Of a DNA stretch of 64,000 nt, positions 24,564-42,300 are shown one piece after another. Within the stretch, counting starts at the first letter, position 1. The number at the start of each line of letters is the position of its first letter. This stretch comes from Chrysomallon squamiferum (lineage: Eukaryota > Animalia > Mollusca): the NCBI GenBank assembly GCA_012295275.1, contig CM022675.1, positions 4,402,001-4,466,000 on the forward strand, written 5' to 3'. The notes beneath the pieces are model-generated. The model saw only the letters and a program-made list of their open reading frames with translations, searched no databases and had not been told where the DNA came from. The position numbers and the translations under genes were made by a program.

Positions 24564-26333
24564 CTAATTATTATTATTAATATTATTATTATTATTATCA
24601 TTATTATATGACGCCAGTCTACACGCTTTTGAACTGATGTTTACAGTTGGTCCCATAGTTCGGTTTAGTACATTAATGGTAAGTCCCAAGTACGCATCAC
24701 AAATAGCGCAGAATCGGTAAAATGCGCAGGAGATGCCTTGCGCAATTTCGCGGTTGTTGCGCAGTCACTTGATCTAAGAATGCGCAGATGGACAAATCGC
24801 GCTCAACATGTTAACTCGTGGTTTCTATAGTCCAGTTCATTCGGCTTCACTTTAGACTTTTTTTTCTTTTCTTTTTTATAGCGAGATGTTGCAATATATT
24901 ACTTATCACAAACATAGTACTAAAACGTGGTGAGTACAAAAATGTGACAAAACACGTTGTTATCTCATTACTACCTGGGAGACCTGACATTCGTCAATTT
25001 CAAAGTTTCTAGTTTAACACAGTGAAACAAGTAATTTTGTAGTATGTAGTATGGAGTGTGACTGTCATCACTAAACATAAACAACACAAGCGACATTATT
25101 TTGTTATAAACAATCTTGAAATGAAAATCACAGACAAGCAGAATTTGAAACTGAATGAATTTAAAGAATTTATCTGCAGACGAAGTTTATTATTCTTTAC
25201 CTGTACGTCAATGAATTTAAAAAATACATTAACTACATTACAGGTAGAACGTAGCTAACTGTGAAGATGATCTAAATTAATTATATCTGTCTGTTTAATT
25301 AGTATTAACATTCTCTGTTTTACTGAGTGTTATAAAACTGAGATATACTACTTGTGTAATCTCTGTCCCAGGTAATACCCCACCCAGATTTTTATGTTTC
25401 AAAATCATTCTGTAAGAAAACAACTGCTTTCCATTATTTATATTACACAAATTTTCAAACATCGAATTTTAGTTCATAAAATGATATTTTTATAATTGTT
25501 TTTAAATAAATGTGACAGGTCAAATTTAATTTTTTTTTTTTTTAGAAGTAGACACTTACTATGTCATTAGAACCAGATTCCGAAACTTCTCGTATTTATC
25601 AGGTTTACAAAGAACTGAAGTAGACACTGGTTTTTAATCTAATATTGTCTGTTCTCTCTGTAATCTTACCTTGTCATCCTGAAAAATAGCTGTGAATAGA
25701 TGTTCACGAAAACAGGCAAAGAACGCGTGTATATAAAAATAAACTGGAAATAGGTATATATATATATGAAAATAGTCTGGGAATGTGTGTTTATGTGAAA
25801 ATTAGCTTGAGTATGTACGCCTTAGTCATGTAAGCATGTTTGATTGTATTTATCTATGCAATTCATAGAACTTACATTAGCAAAATGGACGCCTCACTTA
25901 TAACTCTACTAACACAACATTACAAACAGTGTCTTCTGTATTCTAAGTACTCATAAACTTTTATGTTTGATTGTATGTATGTATGTATGTAAGTGTCAAA
26001 GTAATTTATACAACTTACATGAGCAAAATGAACACCTCACTTATAACTATACCAACACAACGTTACAAACAGTGTTTTCTGTATTCTAAGTATCCATCCA
26101 TTGATAAACGTTTATTGTGAGGCCACTAGCTGTCTGGGCTATAATACACTCGTGTTCATTGATAAACGTTTATTGTGAGGCTGCTAGCTGTCTGGGCTAT
26201 AATACACTCGTGACCTGTTTACCTCTTTCTATTAATATCTACTTCCTGGTCGGTTCAAGCAAACCTGTTTTTATATCGTCTTGTGTACGAAGTTTTGTAA
26301 ATAAAAATAAAGAGAAGAAAACAAAAAGAAATA

Positions 26334-32073
<5,740 letters not shown>

Positions 32074-32157
32074 AAATAATGTCAGTAGTAACTCGATCGA
32101 TATTTTGATGAAAAAATTGTTCCATGTTAAGTGTCTCATACCACATTTTATTATTAA

Positions 32158-32215
<58 letters not shown>

Positions 32216-32718
32216 TAACAGTGCTTCGTACCATTTTTTTTATTTTTGATACATTTTTTCGTTGTTTTATTATTTATTTTATTATTTATTTTGATGTTGT
32301 TATTTTAAACACGATGTTAATATGTCTAACACCACTTTTATTGTTTAATTATGTGTATTATAATTTTTACCTTTTACTTTGTATTTGTACTTTACCTAAA
32401 TGAACTTTTCTTCAGTACGATTTTTTTTTAACTTCTTATTTGTTATTTTTCTATTATTATCATTTGTTATTTTTATTATTTATTTATGCTTTCTTTGTTT
32501 ATTATTATTATTTTTTGTTATTATTATAAAAGGTTACGGAAAGTTTATTCAAAATTCAGAAATCCTAAATTCCAGTTTCGAATGTGTTATTGTTTTCCAA
32601 TCAAAAGCCTTACTTCATGCACAAATTTATCACAAATATTATATAAATACCTGAGGACAATCTGTGTATTTTTGCACGTGTATATATTTCTCTATGTGTC
32701 TATGTATGTTTGTATATA

Positions 32719-33488
32719 CTGTGCTACCTCGATTTACGAGTGTCTAACTTACGAGTTTTTCGAGTTACGACCAGTCGCGCTGCCGACGTTTTTGCTTTCA
32801 GTGGCGAGCCAGAATTCGAGTTACGACCGAGTTTCAGATACACTGCCGTTAGTTGGCGCAACGAACAGCACAACATCCGCCCAGCATCCCGCGTCTGACT
32901 CGTTTACTTCATGTGGTTACCTCACCGCGGAAGCATGTCTGTTCTGTTATCGTCGTGTTTTTGTGTAATTTTCACAATTTTCTGTTTTCTGACTATGGAT
33001 CCTAAGAAAGTGATTGCAAACGACAGTGCTGAAAAGAAAAAGCGAATGATGTCCATTGAATTAAAGTTTGAATTCACAGAAAAACATGAGCAAGGTGTGC
33101 ATGTAGTCGACTTGCATAGGCAGTACGAGCGTAGTACTTCTACGATATGTACCATACAGGAGCTGAAGGAGTCGATAAAGGCTATAAATCCAGCCGAAGG
33201 CGTTAAAATAATTTGTCTGATCTCAAAGATAAATATACTTTATAAAACAAAGTAATTTCTTTACATTCTCTTTTATTTTGTTTTGATACAATACTTTTCA
33301 TTTTTAAATACATTTTTTTTTGTATCGAAAAACACGTTACAAAAATTTGGTGTGTTTTTTTTGCGGAGTGGAACGGATTAATGGTATTTAAATTAATTTC
33401 AGTTGGGAAAATTGATTTGATGTACGAGCAAACTGAGATATGAGCCTGGTCATGGAATGAATTAAATTTGTAATTCAAGCTACCACTG
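32719..33488 (+). mobile_element. Tigger/pogo-type element (chimeric, at the receptor/DNAJB11 junction)
   Basis: TA|ctgtgctacctcgatttacgag ... gtaattcaagctaccactg|TA (imperfect TIRs, TA flanks); remnant [40 protein letters not shown]. Confidence 0.85.
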
Positions 33489-33575
33489 TATATATATATA
33501 TGTACATAAGAAAAACACTAACATATAGAAAGGTACCTACTTATTTAATTTAATTTTTTTTTTTTTTTTTTCAAG

Positions 33576-36500
33576 GTATTATCAGACAGTGAGAAAAGAA
33601 AGATTTATGATAAACATGGAGAAGAAGGTTTGAAGAAAGGTGACATGTCAGGAGATCATTTCTCCAGGTGAAAAATCTTTATTTTAATTACTGTAAATTT
33701 ATTCATCCAACTTTATAGAAATAATAATGGCATCATAATCAGATAAGACTTATTTTTAGAGGTTTTTTTTGACTATAGAACTGTTTTGGGGAAAACAATT
33801 AATTGTGTGTTTATTTCAGTTTTAATTTTGGATTTGGTGGCGGGGAGAAGAGTGATGAAGTTTCCAGAGGAGGAGACATTGTTTTGGATCTTTATGTTAC
33901 TCTTGAGGAACTCTACATAGGAAATTTTGTTGAGGTGATTTTATAAAATTACTTTGTAATGAAAACTTTCTATTTGATTTGGGAAGTTGAGTTCAATTAC
34001 AGTTAATTTGCTTTTCAGAATTCAAATACAGTCGTAGTACTGTCCTAAAAATCTCAGTTACAGTTATAATTGTCAGTCAAAATGTTTTTCAGTGTCCAAA
34101 AATGCCAACAGTTTTTGTGGAGTGTCTCTAAAAATTATTAATAATTAAACATTTGAATGAGTATATTTAAAAAGTATTTTTTTTTTAATGGCATGACAAA
34201 ATGTTTTTTTTTTATTGTAGTTTTAATGTTATTGTATTTGGTAAACTTATTTTAGTCTCAAAGTGGAACACAATCAAAAGGACATACTGAGGAGTGATTC
34301 TGCTATCTGTTATTTTGAGATAAAGCATGCTTGAGCTATAATTAGTAATATACATTTAAAATATAAAAAAAAGGTATATCTATATAAATATTCTATTAGT
34401 GTATAATAAAGTCAGTTTGTTCAATCAAGGTTGTTCGTTACAAACCTGTGGCTGTAGCAGCTAAAGGAACAAGGAAGTGTAACTGTCGTATGGAGATGGT
34501 CATTCAGCAGCTTGGTCCAGGCAGGTTTCAGATGATGCAGCAGCAAGTGTGTGATGAATGTCCTAATGTCAAGTGAGTTGTGAAATGTTTTTTCGTCAAT
34601 GTTTTTTTTTTGGTGGGAGGGGTATTTTGAAACTGGTATTATATAAATGCTGAATAGTTGAAAATGATTTAAGTTTTCATTTGAAGTAAAGACAGCCTGT
34701 ACTGTCTCTTTGTTATGATTTATTTCCCCTGAATATTAACGAAACAAACGGCTTCAAGTAAATATAGTAAGATATATATTCTACTTGAATTTTGTATAGT
34801 CTGGATCTTGGAGCAGACTTTTTACCATATATTATCTCAACAGCTGTGTTATGTTTTATTTCTCATTAATTAAGACATATAACCTAATTAAAATATTGAC
34901 TCCTATATTTTCTGTTTTAGATTAGTTCCTGAAGAAAAACTCTTAGAGATAGAAATAGAAGCTGGCATGAGAGATGGACAAGAATATCCTTTTGTAGCAG
35001 AAGGTTTGTTATAATTAATTTGATGTTTAAAAACAGAATATTAACCGGTTTTTTTTTTTTCTTTTTTTTAAAAAGAATTTACTCTACATTAAGAAACATT
35101 ATTAATGAACAAGTTTGACAAAATTCAGTTTGTTTTATTACCGTGTCTAATAAAACAATCTATTTCTTCTAGATCCTTAAATTACAAATTAATTTCCTGT
35201 TAAAATTTGTTTCACTGTGTTTATAAAAAAAAAAAAAAAAAAACATTTAAAATATTAGGTATTTTACACTGATCTTATTTTTAGTTTGTTCTTTTACTGA
35301 ATAATCTTTTTTAACAACTATCACTGAGCTTATCCTGTGAAAACTTAGTATATGAATACAAACTGTCTTTTAGTAATTTTTGTTTCTAATATTTACTTCT
35401 ACAATATACATCTACAGTGTACAAACAAGATACAGCTTTTTTACTATTAGTTCTTTAAACTTAGATAATTATTTTTGTTCATATGAAATTTCACTTTCCA
35501 CTTAGTTGCAGTATTGATATAATTTGTTTGATTTATTAGGAGAACCACATATTGATGGAGAACCAGGAGATCTGAGGTTTAGAATTAAACAGATAAAGTA
35601 AGTTTCTTTGTTGATTAAAGCAAATATTAAATACTTTATTATATTTTCTAATTTAGGTACTGATGTAGTGTAAACAAGTATAATAAAAATTGTAAAATAT
35701 AATTTATATACATTTTTTCAGACACCCTCGTTTTGAAAGACGTGGTGATGATCTTTACATGAATGTAACAATACCTTTACAAGATGCACTGACAGGCTTT
35801 GAAATGGACATAAAGCATTTAGATGATCATAAGGTACAGATTATTACGATATTTTAAAACAATAATTAAGCTCTGATAAACATTTAATACCGATACAAAG
35901 TTCATTAGACTTAATATAGGAAAAAAGCTTTATTTTAGATTATTCAGTTTCAAGTGTAAATATTTTTTTGCCTTGTACGAAATATTTTTAACAATATAGT
36001 ATTTAATCTTTTACTATGTCAATTTAAATGTAATCTGTGGTTTATTGAGCCTAACTGAAATTTACAAAATACCTCAAACTGTTTTTATATATTTAAAAAA
36101 AAAAAAAAAAAAAAAAAAAGTAATAAATAACAAATATATTATTTCTAGTACTAACATGGTTTAAATTCTGTTGTTTTTTGATGTAACATTTGATTTCAGT
36201 ATTTAAATTTTGCATGTTTGATTATCTCTAAATGGTTCCACCAGTGATTAACCCGTTTTTGACTAGGTTCACATAGTAAGAGATGAGATCACCTGGCCAG
36301 ATGCTCGAATGAGGAAAAGCAATGAAGGCATGCCCAACTATGAAAATAATAATGTCAGAGGCTCCCTTTACATTACATTTGAGATTGACTTTCCTAAAGG
36401 CAGCCTTTCAGAAGAAGCTAAAAAAAGGTATGTAATTATGTTGTATTAGTATTAGTATTAAGAATAAATAGAGTAGATAGTTTTTTTTTTTTTTTTATAC

Positions 36501-36985
36501 TTCCAGATATTGATTTGTTATTATTATTATTTCACATATCAGTAAATGTAATAAACAAACTGCATTTAACAGACACAAATTAATACACTTTAAAGCAGAG
36601 TCTTTTGGATTTTAATTAATCCACTTAAAATTCTTGCATTTCTGCTGCTTTGAGATGTGCTAATGAATGAAAAGCACAGCAAGCTGAAACAGATGATCAC
36701 TGAGTGGAGAGAGTCAGCTGAACTGGTGTGTGACCAGCGGCACAAACTAAGTCAGTTTTGTCAGAACCACATTAATGGTTTGATACAAGTAATGGAAAAG
36801 AAAGGAATAAACATGAAAAAAAAATTGCAAGCCAACTAAATATGTATATTTTAAATATCAGTAAAGAAACATTTTGCATATAAATAAATGTGTATGTATA
36901 TATATATAATTTTAGTTTTTTTGTTTTTTTGTTTAGGTGTGAGAGAAATACTGAAAATGGAATCAAAAGAAATGTATATAATTGA
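33576..36985 (+). pseudogene. DNAJB11: DNAJB11/ERdj3-like copy 1, 5'-truncated (exons 3-10 only)
   Basis: Starts at exon 3 ([20 protein letters not shown]) with no exon 1 or 2 upstream. Exon 4 has an 18-bp deletion; exon 9 is 161 nt vs 160 in copy 4. Confidence 0.85.
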
Positions 36986-37224
36986 CGACTTTTTAGTGTT
37001 AGTTTTGAGAAATTGTTTTTGTCTTTGAATGTGGTGTGATAGTTGTTTGTATAAAACTGAATGTATGTTGGTTGAATGTGGCTATTTTTAATCCTAAAGA
37101 TGTATTTATATGTGAACATACATGAAGAAGATTTCCCATCACATTTGCAAAAAATCACAAAATAAAATTATTTGAAAGTTATTTATTTTTATCATATGTA
37201 AGTAATATTTTTAAAAAATCTGTT

Positions 37225-37256
<32 letters not shown>

Positions 37257-38868
37257 CTTTTTTTTTTTATATGATATAATGACATATGACTTAGCTTATT
37301 ATATTAATACATAATCCATTATTATATTAAAATTATTTAGAGGATACTTGTGTAACAGTTTGCACAGAATGTTGACATTGACTAGAAAACTAGACAATCT
37401 AACAGCATTTTAAATAATCTGTTTTAGAAACCAACTTAGGTTTTTCTGTTGATGGATAATAAGAAAATGTACTTTATTTATAGTGAAGAAAGTATACCAT
37501 TTTATTATTATTATTTATTTTATTTCATTTCCACCTTTATACTTGGTTAAAGTAACAGTGATAGACTGCAATTAACTAGTATTACTGGTAGGAGCATGTT
37601 ACATCAGTGAAGGCATACAGTGGTATATTAAAAATAAGAAAATACTTCTGTAGGTCTGCACAAATATCGTTTAAGAAATTTCACTTATGTAAAACTGTTT
37701 CTGAAATTCTGTAGTAGTTGTAAATTATGCAAATCACAAGGTTTTATAGGGAAATGCACTTTTAAAATTTCGGGTGGAAGAATTTACAATTTGGGATTTT
37801 TCATTCACCATAAATATGTACATATATTCATGTATATCTGATCATAACATCATAGCTTTTACAAATACAAAACCATTTTGTTTATTTTTTTTTTTAAATT
37901 TTGTTTAATGCAGTCCCATTTTGATACGTGAGTTAATTTAATTTCTCATATTTTGAATACTTCAAATAAAATCAGGTATTGTTCATTGGATCTTAAGCTA
38001 TATATAAAGAAATAACAAAATGGAAATCAGAGTTTCATAATCTCTAGTACTGCCTAGTACTATTTTGTATTTCATATACTCACAATGATTTTGTGTTATT
38101 TGGAACTAAACAAATATTAAAATTAAAAAAGAGATAATCAGAAATTGTGTTTTTTGTTTTCTTTTGAATGTTGATCATTTTACAAATGTGTGTGTAAATA
38201 AATATTTGGGGTAATTGTTTCCTTACAGATTAATATTTATCTTCTTACAACTGAGTGACAGTGTATATTTTACACAAAAAGGTGATGTAACTTATGTGGT
38301 GGTCTTATTAATACTATCATTCTCAGCATGTACATTTGGATTAAATGAAATATTTTTATGTTGTTTTATGACATTTGCATCCATTTATCTCATTATATAT
38401 TAAAATGATGTAATGTGTTCATAAAAATGTTTTTAGTATCATGCAACTATTTGTGAACAAATTATTAAAATAAACTTTGTATAAATTTAAAAGAAAAATT
38501 TGTAATGTTTATCATTGAAATTGTTACCTGCTTTGAGGGAAGCTAGCACTGAACTTGTTAAATTAGAAAAAAATGTGTGTGTGTGTGTTCGATATTGATA
38601 TAAAAAATCATCGCTCTGTTAAATTTTAACATTGATTTTCTGTACAGCACCTATTATACACCGTATACTGTGTGAACTTTGTTGCATATTTAAAACAAAA
38701 AGTGTTTGGGAAATATTGATTACTTTTCGGGTACATTTATTTGCCGTACTCGTAAATTTTGCAATCTCAAAACATTCCTGACAACGAAATAGCAAGATTT
38801 CTAGTCTTTATTTACAAAATAAATAAATAAATACAAACATTTATAAAATGAAATAAAAATAGATAAAT

Positions 38869-38904
<36 letters not shown>

Positions 38905-39342
38905 ATCAACAGAACCAGTTTCAAAAATATGTTTAGATCATTAATCAGTTTAGATCATTAATTTTCTCCAGTGTGTTAAACTAATATTTATAATAAACAT
39001 ATAACGAATTCACAGAAGAATATATTCGAGTCATTCTAAATTTGCGTTTCTATTTATATGAATTTCAAAATCCTTAACATCGTAAATGATTCATCTTTGT
39101 CAGTGTGTTATACCATATGATAGTATTATTATTATTCTTTTTAATCGTTATGTTCAACTTACATTAAACCCCACTGATATGAAGTTCTTAAATTAATTAA
39201 TTATTAATCAAAATATCTGTACTGTCTCATTTTTTTGTTTAAAGAAATAAATCTGTAAACGCCGGTTTTAAAATGATGGGCGATGTTAAAGATTTCGGTA
39301 TATTCCGTTTGTCTTCGTTAAATCAGTGTATATTTAGTCGGG

Positions 39343-39371
39343 CCGGAAACCGGAAGTTTATTAAAATGGCG
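39343..39371 (+). promoter_or_regulatory. Tandem ETS-like CCGGAA sites plus a YY1-like AAAATGGCG overlapping the DNAJB11 start codon (also at about 48251, 54572 and 63462)
   Basis: Sequence ggCCGGAAaCCGGAAGTttattAAAATGGCG in a local CpG-containing patch; typical of housekeeping promoters (motif match only). Confidence 0.55.
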
Positions 39372-42300
39372 TCGCCGGTGATCTGGTATCTCTTCGCAGC
39401 AAATGTCTTCGTGATTTTTGTTCAAGTACTTGGCGGGTATTAACTCAAATTAATTTCGATGAATCGAATTTTTCTTTAAATATCATTTGTTTGGATGTAG
39501 TATATTTTGGGGTTGCTTTTATGTTTGTTACATACATCTTTTCATGTTAACTGAATGCATTCCCTCTTTTGATGTCGTGGTAATCTGTCATTAGTCAGCA
39601 TTTTAACTTAATGGTTTTCATAATTTAACTAAAACATTAACAAAATGTACATTTTTAATGTATGTATTTATTTATTATTTTTTAAACTGAAGAAGATTTT
39701 GCATTTGTTTAATAAATGCTTATAATTATAATATTTGTTGAAATGTATTGAATGCTACATCATCTAGTAAATAATCATAAAACTAGTAGTAGTTATGCTT
39801 TAAATTATAATAATTTTATTATAAATGATAAATTAGGTAAATGATAAAATATTTAGTATCACCAGAAGGAATACCTTAATAGTCACCCCTAGATAAAGGA
39901 AATATGTTGCACAATAAAAGGACCAACAGCATTTTTAATTTTATTATTTACTGCTAATTTGCTATATAATATATGTATTTTATTTTTATTATACAGCACT
40001 AAGAAATAGGTATATAACAAAATCATTTTCACAGTTAACTGTGTACATCACCAGATCTAGTGTTATAGTTAATCATGTTTAAAATTTCTGGAATAAAAAA
40101 ATCTTTTTAATAACTTAGCACACATATTTCTTCATTGATATAGACTTTTTCTTTGTACTGTTATAGAAGTATTTTTAAAAATTCTGATGAAAAATAATTA
40201 CATGTAATCAGTTTGAAAATAAAAAACCTAGTGTCATTTACTTCAAGAAATAGTTCTGTTGTAAGTCAGGTGTATTTGTGTAAAATGTTATCAAAATCCG
40301 ACTCTTGCACTATTATTATAGATCTGCCAAAATCATCTGAATTTTCCCATATGGGTCATAAACAATCCATTATGACTGTCTGCTTCATGATCAAATACTG
40401 CAGTTTGATTGGACGTTTGTTTTATTCTACATCAGTAGATTAAATGTTTACATATTTGTACAAAAATAATTACCTGTAACTTTAGGTAACTTAGAATCTG
40501 AATTATTCTGAAAATTCACTTTTATTCAGTATTTCTGAACAAAGTTTTCTTTCGTTAGAGAATTAATTTTGCTTTGAAAAGTGTATTTATCAGTACTCTG
40601 GCAATCTGAAAAGTACATATGGTTGAGGACAAGAGATGTGAATTCTTGAAGCCAATCAGTGGGCTTGAAATCAGTTTCAGAACTAAATCCTAGTGAAATG
40701 AATCAAATTACGTCAGTTTCTGCTTACTTGTAGCATTTTCAATTTAAAACTTCTTTTAATTTGTTTCTTTTTTTCTTAGCTAATTAATTAGTTATCATTA
40801 TAATACATTGTGAAATAGTATTGAATATGGGAAATAATTTTTTGAAATAAATTTGCAGACGAGATTTCTACAAAATTCTTGGCGTACCCAGATCAGCATC
40901 AACAAATCAGATTAAAAATGCATACAGAAAACTGGCAAGAGAGTTACCTCCAGACAAAAACCAAGATGACCCAGATGCAGAACAACAGTTTCAAGATCTC
41001 GGTGCAGCATATGAGGTATTTCAAACTATCATTATTTCACTGCTTCAAGACAATCCTACATTCTATTTATTTATGTACAAAGTTCTTAAAGTATTGAAAT
41101 ATAATTAATAATTAAAAAAACATTTCTGTAAATCATAATGGTATTTTAAGTAATAATAATAAGAAATTGAAATGTAGGCCAAAAACAAACTAATATTAAA
41201 GTCAAATTCAAATGATTAAAACCTGCGAAATAGCAATGACAAATTACCTCCCTTGAAATTGCTTTGATAAACAAAAATACAAGTACTTTTTTAACATCTG
41301 GAGCTAGAAATATATATATATATAATTCCTTTGCTATTCATGTATCACTTCATGGTAAGTCCATTAAAACACATACTTAGGTTTTTCCACAAACCATTCC
41401 CACTTGGTTAGCAAAAACATGGACCAAAGTTCTTAACATGGACCACAAAGTGTTCTGTGATTTTGCTGTGATATCATCAGCATAATCTCTGCCATCTCAC
41501 TGTTTCCCAGATGACAGAAGAAGGCTTAAAATAAGTATCATCTGGGAAACAGTGAGATGGCAGAAATGAAGCTGTGTGTATTTCCTCACAGATGGGATGA
41601 CACAAAATATTGCACACTTTCAAACAAAAACAAACACTGCACTGGAAAGAGGAAATGTTGCTCTTTATGTGGTACACAATACATGGTGAGCCAGGAAGAG
41701 ATATCAACTGATTCAAACCTTGCATGCAGCTGCTAACGTTTGTATATAAATGTAACTGATTTTTACACATTAGGTTATTATAGAGGGAAAAAAAATAAAA
41801 AATTATATATATATACCTCGACTTACCAGTGCCCCAACTCATGAGTTTTTTGAGTTACGAGCAGTTGCCTGGTCGAGTTTTGGGTTCTGTTTTGCTGTGA
41901 TTGCATTTTGTGCAGCAGTATTTTGCCAAATTTCTTTTTTGTGGTCATGGATCCTAAGAAAGTGATACAGGGTTGAGAAGAAGAAGCGGATGATGTCCAT
42001 TGAATTAAAGCTTGAATTCATAGAAAAACATGAGCAAGGTGTGCATGTAGTAAACTTGGCTAGGCAGTACGAGCGTGCTCCTTCTGTACCGTACTGAAGC
42101 AGAAGGAATCAATAAAGGCTGTAATTCCAGCTAAAGGTGTTAAAATAATTCGATCTCCAAGATAAATACACTTTACAAAATCCAAATTATTTCTTTACAT
42201 TCTTTTATTTTGTTTTTTTTTATACAATATTTGTCATTTATAAATACATTTTTCTTATTCAAAAACATGTTACAAAAAAAAAAAAAATTAATTTCAGTTG

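Noticed and set aside
24695-24815. GCGCA-rich block (related pieces at about 1475-1550 and 10600-10690) as a structured RNA
   Set aside because: No consistent fold or termini identified; most likely a fragment of an interspersed repeat.
36657-36839. Recurrent 60-aa [13 protein letters not shown].. in DNAJB11 intron 9
   Set aside because: It recurs only because the unit is duplicated; there is no recognisable domain or clear splice sites. Possibly a decayed repeat.
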